Shown here in pieces: positions 1-6,508 of a stretch of 64,000 nucleotides of DNA. Below the pieces are notes generated by a model. It was not told the DNA's origin. It did no database searches and saw only the letters and a program-made list of their open reading frames with translations. The translations under genes and the position numbers were made by a program. This DNA is from a virus. Its lineage: Duplodnaviria; Caudoviricetes. Positions within the stretch are counted from its first letter, which is position 1, and each line of letters begins with the position of its first letter. The stretch lies in the IMG/VR virus record IMGVR_UViG_3300024252_000005; one strand, written 5' to 3'.

Positions 1-10
1 TTATGTTCTT

Positions 11-40
11 ATTATATATCAATGCAAGTTAAGTTGCACG
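11..40 (-). promoter_or_regulatory. Promoter copy P1 CGTGCA-N18-TATAAT
   Basis: Read directly on reverse complement; its gene lies left of the window. Confidence 0.8.
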
Positions 41-238
41 TTATAGGTAACTCTCTGTCTCTGTGATGTATGTGTTGATTGGAGTGAGTTGCTCACCAGT
101 ATGCAGTGTCATCCACTTATCCTGAACGTGAGTATATCCAGAACTCTTAAGCTCTTTAAGCTTATTAACACGTTGCTCAACGTCGTGGGGAAGATTAATG
201 TTTTGATCATCTTGATCGTAGTGGACATGAAATACCAT
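41..238 (-). CDS. Hypothetical early protein (65 aa)
   Basis: ORF track; AAGGA RBS upstream; lies directly downstream of promoter copy 272-302; stop codon abuts the next promoter copy. Confidence 0.7.
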   Translation of the reverse strand: MVFHVHYDQDDQNINLPHDVEQRVNKLKELKSSGYTHVQDKWMTLHTGEQLTPINTYITETESYL

Positions 239-271
239 GTTAAGTTCCTTTAGTGATATGGATTATGGTTT

Positions 272-302
272 ATTATAATACCTTTATTAACTGAGTTGCA
301 CG
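272..302 (-). promoter_or_regulatory. Promoter copy P2 CGTGCA-N19-TATAAT
   Basis: Read directly; the only copy with a 19-nt spacer. Confidence 0.75.
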
Positions 303-322
303 CCAACTCGACGACCCAGAGC

Positions 323-847
323 CTATGCAGGCTGTGTAAGATCCTCGTTGCGTGCCTTAACATCCTCTAGGAAATCAAGGATCTTCTTCTCATGGCCGTC
401 AATGTGCGAAGTATCGAGACCACCAGAAGCCTGAACATCACGCATCTTGTCGAGGCGAAGCTGAAACCATTGGAATCCGTCAAGCAAGATAGTCTTTGGT
501 GAAATGTTTACCGGAGTAAACTCTTCGCTCATATCGATGTCTTTGTTGTTCATGTGATCCCATTTGTTGACACCGTGATAGTGACCCAAGATGTCTTCAT
601 AATCAGTACAATTCGACCAACCTGAGTTCCAGTAAACGTAGCCATGAACTTCTTTCATGAAAGCGTTCGCATCGTTGAATGACTTGCGAAGACCCGGATC
701 AAGTGACTCGATGAAGTTGTCACGGATATCTCTGAGCTCTTGCGTCTCTCGGAATCGTTCACGTGGTGTCTCAATTGAGCTCCACTTTTCGTTATACGTA
801 TTGTGGTTATATGTAATTGTATCTCGAACTTGTTGTCTCGTTGGCAT
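323..847 (-). CDS. Hypothetical early protein (174 aa)
   Basis: ORF track; AAGGA RBS between the upstream stop (859-861) and ATG. Confidence 0.8.
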   Translation of the reverse strand: MPTRQQVRDTITYNHNTYNEKWSSIETPRERFRETQELRDIRDNFIESLDPGLRKSFNDANAFMKEVHGYVYWNSGWSNCTDYEDILGHYHGVNKWDHMNNKDIDMSEEFTPVNISPKTILLDGFQWFQLRLDKMRDVQASGGLDTSHIDGHEKKILDFLEDVKARNEDLTQPA

Positions 848-858
848 GTCAGTTTCCT

Positions 859-1047
859 TTAGTGAAGTGTTTTACGAATAGGCAGAGCGATAGAGTCATC
901 GTACGACTTAAGAAGCTTTCGAACTTCTTGACGATCAATACGCGTGAAAAGTCGCAACTCATTACGACCAACTGCTGTATAACCAAGTCGTTTATTTGTA
1001 TGAGATCGCGAACCGAGGCGATGAGAGTGTCGATTAATTGCTGCCAA
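859..1047 (-). CDS. Small basic hypothetical protein (62 aa, TTG start)
   Basis: AAAGGA 7 nt before TTG, downstream of promoter 1081-1110; preferred over the overlapping 849..1052 frame. Confidence 0.55.
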   Translation of the reverse strand: MAAINRHSHRLGSRSHTNKRLGYTAVGRNELRLFTRIDRQEVRKLLKSYDDSIALPIRKTLH

Positions 1048-1080
1048 GTCACTGTCCTTTGTTGATGTTGATTATGGTTT

Positions 1081-1110
1081 ATTATACCACGTCGTTAAAC
1101 GTATTACACG
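1081..1110 (-). promoter_or_regulatory. Promoter copy P3 CGTGTA-N18-TATAAT
   Basis: Read directly on reverse complement. Confidence 0.8.
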
Positions 1111-1335
1111 TCAAATGATCTTGGTTGTCGGGTTCTGATCGTCCATCACACCATCACAAATCTCTCCTGGGTCGAATTCGTAGAGATGAAAACTCCCGTC
1201 GCTCATAACAACTGTTATTACGTTACCACGCGTCGTCACAGTCTTTACTTCACGAGGATTCACGTTCAATTCGTCACACACTTCTTGAAGGTCGATCTCT
1301 ACTCGAGTTGAGTAAGTTATTTGAATCGTTGACAT
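1111..1335 (-). CDS. Hypothetical early protein (74 aa)
   Basis: GAAAGG RBS; own promoter at 1384-1413; stop abuts next promoter. Confidence 0.75.
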   Translation of the reverse strand: MSTIQITYSTRVEIDLQEVCDELNVNPREVKTVTTRGNVITVVMSDGSFHLYEFDPGEICDGVMDDQNPTTKII

Positions 1336-1383
1336 AGTTAACCTTTCGAAACGTCGTTAATGATTGGTTGTCCTTACATCTAT

Positions 1384-1413
1384 ATTATAGACTAAGGTAT
1401 TGTTATTTGCACG
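1384..1413 (-). promoter_or_regulatory. Promoter copy P4 CGTGCA-N18-TATAAT
   Basis: Read directly on reverse complement. Confidence 0.8.
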
Positions 1414-1448
1414 CCGAGCTCGACGCTACAAGCCGTAGCCACTGCGAA

Positions 1449-1850
1449 TCAGTAACCCATGACTTCGTTGTAAGCTTCACACCCACCCATCATACCAGCC
1501 TCCATCGCGATCTCACGTCTCCAGTCTTCCATCCAGTCATCGTCATCACCATCCTCCGTCGCTTCACGAACAAGCTTGATGTCGTCAGTGTCCCAAGGAT
1601 TGAACTTTTGACCATATCTCACACCGCCGTTGAGGAGCTCCATATTCTTTCCCATGGCGTTTTCCTTGTCCTCCCAGTCTTCGCCTTCGTAAACCCAGAT
1701 CGCGTCACCATCACCACACCTCGCAAGACTCACCAACTCTTCGAGAGTATACTCTCTGCCCACCTCGAGAATAACCGTGTCACACCAGTCGTCGTTGTGA
1801 ATTGGGTCGACGTTGCTCCCAGTAGTCATTAAACATTTGATGATTCCCAT
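1449..1850 (-). CDS. Acidic, Trp-rich hypothetical early protein (start reassigned to ATG 1850)
   Basis: GAAAGG RBS sits just before ATG 1850, not before GTG 1868; own promoter at 1900-1929. Confidence 0.75.
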   Translation of the reverse strand: MGIIKCLMTTGSNVDPIHNDDWCDTVILEVGREYTLEELVSLARCGDGDAIWVYEGEDWEDKENAMGKNMELLNGGVRYGQKFNPWDTDDIKLVREATEDGDDDDWMEDWRREIAMEAGMMGGCEAYNEVMGY

Positions 1851-1899
1851 AGTAAAACCTTTCGTCACGTTGTTAATGTTTGTTTGTCCTTACATCTAT

Positions 1900-1929
1900 A
1901 TTATAGACTAAGGAATTGATTGTTACACG
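1900..1929 (-). promoter_or_regulatory. Promoter copy P5 CGTGTA-N18-TATAAT
   Basis: Read directly on reverse complement. Confidence 0.8.
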
Positions 1930-1945
1930 TCGTTTCGACGACGTG
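1926..1945. terminator. Perfect 8-bp hairpin CACGTCGT-TTCG-ACGACGTG overlapping the -35 of P5
   Basis: Perfect inverted repeat downstream of the 2022..2801 gene; no U-tract, so terminator function is uncertain. Confidence 0.35.
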
Positions 1946-2021
1946 GAGCCTTGTCACGGCGAATCAGATCTTTGTAAGATCGATCCTATCGAAGCGAGGC
2001 CAAACGACCTAGGTCTTTGAA

Positions 2022-2801
2022 TCAGAAGATGTCATCGTTGAGGTCGTCGTCGTAGTCATCCTCGAACTCGTCGTTACTGAGGCCTTGTGATGAGAGGTAA
2101 GCTTCCCAAGCTTCAGGATCATCAGAGTCAGGGACATCACTCGGAGTCTCGTCGTCTGGTGTCTCCACCTCGTCAACGACTTCAGTTGTCTCGGTCTCCT
2201 CAGCTTCAGGCTCTTTGGCTTCGCTCGGTGAGGCAATGACCTCGAGCTTCTCTGAGTGGGGAGTTCCTCCTAATGGAGAGATCACATCGTCAAGTCCAAC
2301 AGCAGGTAAGATAAGCAACTGCCTTTGATGATCATCTTTGGATCCACTTGTTCGAACTTCGAAGGCTGCCATATGAGCCTTGCTTTTAGGGTCGACGCGA
2401 GGTCCTGAGTAGCGAACCCATGCGTAGCCAGCTTGCGTCGTCCATGCCTTGTAGGCTGAGCAATCGATGCCATCCTCCTCGAACTCGTCAAGACTTGGGT
2501 TAACGACGTCAAGGGCAACTTGAACCCACTTCGCTCCGCGACCAGCAAACATTGCCTTCTGCTCACGACGCCAATCGGAGCCAGATCCATTGGCAGTCTT
2601 GCCAGATCCTGAGCAAAGGTGCTTGATGTCAGTCTTGATGAGACCATCAATATGCTTCTTGAAAGCAGTTACCTTAGGATCGCCTCCAGCTGCAATAAAC
2701 TGCTCGAACAAAGCTTTAATATGATTAACTTCTGTCATTGTATCCTCAATTGTTGGGTTTGATGTTGGGATGTTTTGGGTAGATTGAGTATCAGTTGTCA
2801 A
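2022..2801 (-). CDS. Hypothetical early protein with long acidic C-terminal tail (259 aa, TTG start)
   Basis: AGGAG RBS 5 nt before TTG; own promoter at 2833-2862; D/E-rich last ~70 aa. Confidence 0.8.
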   Translation of the reverse strand: MTTDTQSTQNIPTSNPTIEDTMTEVNHIKALFEQFIAAGGDPKVTAFKKHIDGLIKTDIKHLCSGSGKTANGSGSDWRREQKAMFAGRGAKWVQVALDVVNPSLDEFEEDGIDCSAYKAWTTQAGYAWVRYSGPRVDPKSKAHMAAFEVRTSGSKDDHQRQLLILPAVGLDDVISPLGGTPHSEKLEVIASPSEAKEPEAEETETTEVVDEVETPDDETPSDVPDSDDPEAWEAYLSSQGLSNDEFEDDYDDDLNDDIF

Positions 2802-2832
2802 AATGACTCCTAAATGGTTGGGGTGATGTTTT

Positions 2833-2862
2833 ATTATAATAGGATTAGATTAATGTTACACG
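2833..2862 (-). promoter_or_regulatory. Promoter copy P6 CGTGTA-N18-TATAAT
   Basis: Read directly on reverse complement. Confidence 0.8.
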
Positions 2863-2936
2863 ATAGATGATGGACCTGTTGTTTCCTTAATAATTAACTT
2901 TGATTCATATTTAACTCCTTTCCTCTAGTACTTTTT

Positions 2937-2966
2937 ATTATACCATCTGTCTCAATTAGTTACACG
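2937..2966 (-). promoter_or_regulatory. Promoter copy P7 CGTGTA-N18-TATAAT
   Basis: Read directly on reverse complement. Confidence 0.8.
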
Positions 2967-2992
2967 ATCCAACTCGACGACCCGAAGGGCTG

Positions 2993-3058
2993 TCAACGCA
3001 AGTTCTCGAGATCAATGATGATCGATGCAGCTAAGAAGAGAATAATCAAGGTAAGCAT
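2993..3058 (-). CDS. 21-aa hydrophobic mini-protein MLTLIILFLAASIIIDLENLR
   Basis: Below ORF-track cutoff; GAAAGG RBS 6 nt before ATG; dedicated promoter copy 3122-3151; hairpin after the stop. Confidence 0.5.
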   Translation of the reverse strand: MLTLIILFLAASIIIDLENLR

Positions 3059-3121
3059 ATGATGCCTTTCAACTTAAGGCTCTAACATGAGGACGAAGGC
3101 CTCGTTTTTGCCTGACCTGTT

Positions 3122-3151
3122 ATTATATAACCTTCAGGCGATAGTTACACG
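3122..3151 (-). promoter_or_regulatory. Promoter copy P8 CGTGTA-N18-TATAAT
   Basis: Read directly on reverse complement. Confidence 0.8.
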
Positions 3152-3303
3152 ATTAATACGCCGGACGCCAGAGTTCTCACATCATCACCAAGAAACGTGT
3201 AACTTGGTAATTCAACTGACCGGGAAACCAACGATGTCAAAGATCTGAAGGGAAGAGGCATGCCTCTTTTGGAACCACCGTTCCTATCCCCCCTTATGTT
3301 CTT

Positions 3304-3333
3304 ATTATAATATGCCACGTCGCCGGTTACACG
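3304..3333 (-). promoter_or_regulatory. Promoter copy P9 CGTGTA-N18-TATAAT
   Basis: Read directly on reverse complement; rightmost copy, abuts the GC-rich junction. Confidence 0.8.
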
Positions 3334-3470
3334 TAGGCCCCGGGGCTCTAGAGGGCCCCTTTTAGGCCCCCTCTGCGTGTATCTAAAACTCAGTGGGACT
3401 CCGGCCCAGGGGGGGTTTAGTCCGCTACCAGCATTTTCTTCCCGGGAACTTTTCGAAAAGCTTTTAGGTA
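3334..3470. other. GC-rich, palindrome-dense junction between divergent genome blocks
   Basis: GCCCCGGGGC, GGGCCC, and abutting/overlapping palindromes TTCCCGGGAA (3439-3448), CTTTTCGAAAAG (3449-3460), AAAAGCTTTT (3456-3465); strand and composition switch here. Confidence 0.7.
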
Positions 3471-3584
3471 TCACATTTGAATACATCTAATTTGTGAAAA
3501 AAACTCCAGGAGACTTTTTTAATAACTTTTTGATATTTAGAGATATATTTATATTTAGTTATATTAATAGAAAGAGTTTTAAAT

Positions 3585-4280
3585 ATGAGAATAACTGAGA
3601 GTAAATTACGAAGTTTGATAAGGAGTGTGATTAAAGAAACATTTGATCACGTAGGAAAATTTGCCGCAATGTATATGATGCCTAAAAGAGGAATATCATC
3701 AAGAGATATTAAAAACTTATGTCCTTCTAGAGAATGTGAATTTATATCTGTTGGAAATGTTGACAGTTATGATAGTTATAGACCTTTTGAAGATGATCAT
3801 GGTTTTTTCATAGATGCTTTTGAAAATTGTGTTAATCAAATTGACATAGGCGAAGGAAACGAAGAAGCTGAACGTGTTGTTAGTAGTTCTGGTTTTGTTA
3901 GTAGTATTATGCCTTTAAAAGTTTTTTATGATTCTAATGATGGTGGTCGTTTAGTATACTGTACAAAAGGTACCTTTAATACATCAGAGGGTGAAGGAAA
4001 TGTTTGGTTTAGTTTACCTATAGATACGCAAAAGTTTGAAAGAAGATGTAATAATGAGTTTGGTCAAATCAATTCATCAGGAGTTGAATATGAATCAATG
4101 ATTCATTCTAGAGAAAGAGAAGAGCAGGCAAAAAGAAGAGATAGATTAGATCGAGAATTTGGTCGAGGAGTCTATGCTAATCCTTACTCAGGAGAGACAG
4201 AAGCAGAAACTAGAGCAAGACTTCGAAGAGATGATACTGAGCGTGATCATCTAAGAAAAATTAGAAAAGAAATGCTTTAG
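3585..4280 (+). CDS. Leader-bearing hypothetical protein (MRITESKLRSLIRSVIKE...)
   Basis: ORF track; shared N-terminal leader. Confidence 0.85.
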   Translation: MRITESKLRSLIRSVIKETFDHVGKFAAMYMMPKRGISSRDIKNLCPSRECEFISVGNVDSYDSYRPFEDDHGFFIDAFENCVNQIDIGEGNEEAERVVSSSGFVSSIMPLKVFYDSNDGGRLVYCTKGTFNTSEGEGNVWFSLPIDTQKFERRCNNEFGQINSSGVEYESMIHSREREEQAKRRDRLDREFGRGVYANPYSGETEAETRARLRRDDTERDHLRKIRKEML

Positions 4281-4411
4281 TATTTGCAAATAATTTAATT
4301 CTTGTCGAGCTGGGTGTCTCCTGAGTCATGACGTTTATGTGAGTTAAATATTTTATATTGACATGATTAAACATATGTAGTTGTGTTGAAATATTTAACA
4401 GGGATAACATT

Positions 4412-4915
4412 ATGAATCGAAAAGAAACAAAATTATTGGTTGAAGGTTGGAGAAATCTATTAAAAGAGACGCGTGAGACTGCAATAGCTAGTGATGTTGA
4501 AGTGGTATTTCCTGATGGCATACCGGAAGACTTGTTAATGAAGGGAGATTCTGATGGTGAGATAAGTGGTTTTGTTTATCCTCATGATGTGAGTAGAGCT
4601 CGAGGGGGAATATATTGGAGAGGTGACTTAGTTGGGTTTATGACGCCTAGAGAAGAGAAAGGCGGGTGGAGAGTTGGAGCTGTTTATATTGATAGTGAAG
4701 CGAGAGAGAGAGTCAAGGGTATAGGGAGTATAGCGATATCGAAGTTTTTCGAGTGTAGAGAAGCTGCTGATTTGCTTATTGGAGTCGATAATATTTCTTC
4801 GCAGAGAGCGTTTAGTAATGCTGGATTTGAAGATACAGGAAAGAAGTATGTTGATAAAAGTGATGGTTGGGAAGCGACTGTGTGGAGTAGGGTGTCTCTA
4901 GAGTCACAGACGTAA
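4412..4915 (+). CDS. GNAT-family acetyltransferase with N-terminal KLLVEGWRNLLKE leader
   Basis: Motif A-like VYIDSEARERVKGIGS and motif B-like NISSQRAFSNAGFE. Confidence 0.75.
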   Translation: MNRKETKLLVEGWRNLLKETRETAIASDVEVVFPDGIPEDLLMKGDSDGEISGFVYPHDVSRARGGIYWRGDLVGFMTPREEKGGWRVGAVYIDSEARERVKGIGSIAISKFFECREAADLLIGVDNISSQRAFSNAGFEDTGKKYVDKSDGWEATVWSRVSLESQT

Positions 4916-5051
4916 CAGAATAGTTTTGAGTTTGTTAAACTGTTTTGCTGAATTTGTGAAAAAAACTTCGGGAGAAATTTCGGAAAACTTTTTGTATGTT
5001 TAGTAATAAATAGAGTTATACAATATTGTTAAACAAAGAGAGGCTTAAGGA

Positions 5052-5153
5052 ATGAAAATAACTGAGAGAAGATTGAGAAGTCTTATAAGACAAGTGGTGG
5101 TTACAACACGCCCGGGAATCCTGACGATTATTGATCTTATTGTTAATTTATAG
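5052..5153 (+). pseudogene. Leader-only remnant ORF MKITERRLRSLIRQVVVTTRPGILTIIDLIVNL (33 aa)
   Basis: Read by hand; AAGGA RBS; leader intact for ~15 codons, then unrelated sequence and a stop that runs into module X. Confidence 0.6.
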
Positions 5154-5255
5154 AGCTGGGTGCCTCCTGAGTCACGACGTTTATGCTTGTTAAATGTTTT
5201 ATATTGATTTGATTGTATATATATAGTTATGCTATAAGTTTAAGCAGGAGACAAT

Positions 5256-5657
5256 ATGAGAATATCTGAAAGAAGATTAAGATGCATGATAAGAGAAATT
5301 ATTATTGAGAGTGGAGAGGTTGATCCTTGGGTAAAAATCCAGAGAGACAATATAAATAAAGCAAATAGAAATATAGAGTCTCAGTATACTGTTGATGATG
5401 ATGAGACGGTCTTGGGCGTAGGATTATATGACTATGCTATTAGAGTTTTAGATAGATGTTCAAGCTTAGACTATACTAGGACATTTGTTGATGATGATTC
5501 AATGTTTTTGAAAGAGCCAATACAGATTGGAAAATCTTATAGAGACTTAGTTGATATTAGAGATGTTTTGAATAATTGTTTTAAAAATAGCATGTCTATA
5601 AGAGACTGTGCTGATGATTGTATTTTAAAATGGAAGAATATTAATAATATTAATTAA
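5256..5657 (+). CDS. Leader-bearing hypothetical protein (MRISERRLRCMIREIIIE...)
   Basis: ORF track; AGGAG RBS; shared leader. Confidence 0.85.
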   Translation: MRISERRLRCMIREIIIESGEVDPWVKIQRDNINKANRNIESQYTVDDDETVLGVGLYDYAIRVLDRCSSLDYTRTFVDDDSMFLKEPIQIGKSYRDLVDIRDVLNNCFKNSMSIRDCADDCILKWKNINNIN

Positions 5658-5670
5658 GTAGAGATAAAAT

Positions 5671-6468
5671 ATGTTGTTAAGAGAATATGTTTCGCGATAT
5701 ATTAAAGAAGCTATATCATATAGCTTGTTAAATTTAGTTTCAACAGAGTTGAATAATATAACGAAAAATTATAAAGTTTCGAATAATAATCATCATATAT
5801 ATTATGATTTAGTTAAAGTTGTTGACAAGTTTGGTCTTAAGCCTATAGGCGCTGGAGTTTATCGTCATGTATATTCTATACCAGAAGAGGATTGGGTTTT
5901 AAAGTTTTCTTATGAAGGTAGTGGAGGCGAGTGGGCAAATGCTGAAGAGGTTGCAATTAGTGTTGGAAGTCACGGAATAGGAGCGCGAGATTTATTTGTT
6001 AAGATATTTGAATGGGACAAGATAAGTGAAAATCCAGAATGGATTATTGCAGAAAAAGTGATAACATTATCAGCAGCTGGAAGATCAATGTCATTTTCAG
6101 TCTTAAAGAAAATATTTCCTACTTTTTGGGATGCGTTATATAATGATGCAAACGAAAAAACTTCTGTCAGCTTTTTCTGTGATTTTGTTGCTGATACTTT
6201 GCGTGAGCTTAGTATAGAATCTGAGCCAGAGCAAAATGCTAGCGGCTTAAATGCTGAAGCATTTTATATTGCAATGAAGGAAGCAGCAATCTCAGAATTA
6301 AACATCATGCCTTTTGAAGCAATTAGATTTAGTGAAGATTTTTATATAATTGCTAGAGCATGTGCATATAGCAGGCCAGATGACATGCATAGCGGTAATA
6401 TTGGAATAATACCTTCAAGCCAACCTAGCCCAAAAGACATTGTTATTCTTGATTATCTAATATCTTGA
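5671..6468 (+). CDS. Protein-kinase-like fold protein
   Basis: Gly-loop GAGVYRHVY, VLK lysine, alphaC-like E, hinge WIIAEKV, catalytic DMHSGN, DFG-like ILDY. Confidence 0.75.
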   Translation: MLLREYVSRYIKEAISYSLLNLVSTELNNITKNYKVSNNNHHIYYDLVKVVDKFGLKPIGAGVYRHVYSIPEEDWVLKFSYEGSGGEWANAEEVAISVGSHGIGARDLFVKIFEWDKISENPEWIIAEKVITLSAAGRSMSFSVLKKIFPTFWDALYNDANEKTSVSFFCDFVADTLRELSIESEPEQNASGLNAEAFYIAMKEAAISELNIMPFEAIRFSEDFYIIARACAYSRPDDMHSGNIGIIPSSQPSPKDIVILDYLIS

Positions 6469-6508
6469 AACATATATAGATATATTGAAAGATTAAACAG
6501 GAGTTAGT

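Larger units (their letters stand above)
1368..1913. repeat. 30-bp exact direct repeat TTGTCCTTACATCTATATTATAGACTAAGG at 1368-1397 and 1884-1913
   Basis: Identical text at both sites; spans the -10 boxes of P4 and P5. Confidence 0.9.
3489..5003 (+). repeat. Intergenic module Y: copies 3489-3540 and 4951-5003 (17-bp identical core AATTTGTGAAAAAAACT, then similar ...GGAGA...ACTTTTTG...TTTAG)
   Basis: Direct comparison; each copy precedes an M(R/K)ITE leader ORF. Confidence 0.85.
4307..5214 (+). repeat. Intergenic module X: ~62-bp copies 4307-4368 and 5153-5214 (GAGCTGGGTGYCTCCTGAGTCAYGACGTTTATG...TTAAATRTTTTATATTGA)
   Basis: Direct comparison; each copy follows an M(R/K)ITE leader ORF. Confidence 0.85.

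Noticed and set aside
657-2650. Alternative and antisense ORFs 657..881, 817..1065, 849..1052, 1368..1832, 2009..2236, 2282..2650
   Set aside because: They overlap better-supported genes that have a promoter and RBS; shadows favoured by GC-rich sequence
11-3333. Promoter repeats as a CRISPR-like or integron attC array
   Set aside because: Conserved parts are two short boxes at promoter spacing, each followed by an RBS and a gene; intervals are irregular; no integrase in the window
3145-3486. 113-aa minus-strand ORF
   Set aside because: Crosses promoter P9 and the palindromic GC island; open mainly because of high GC; no RBS
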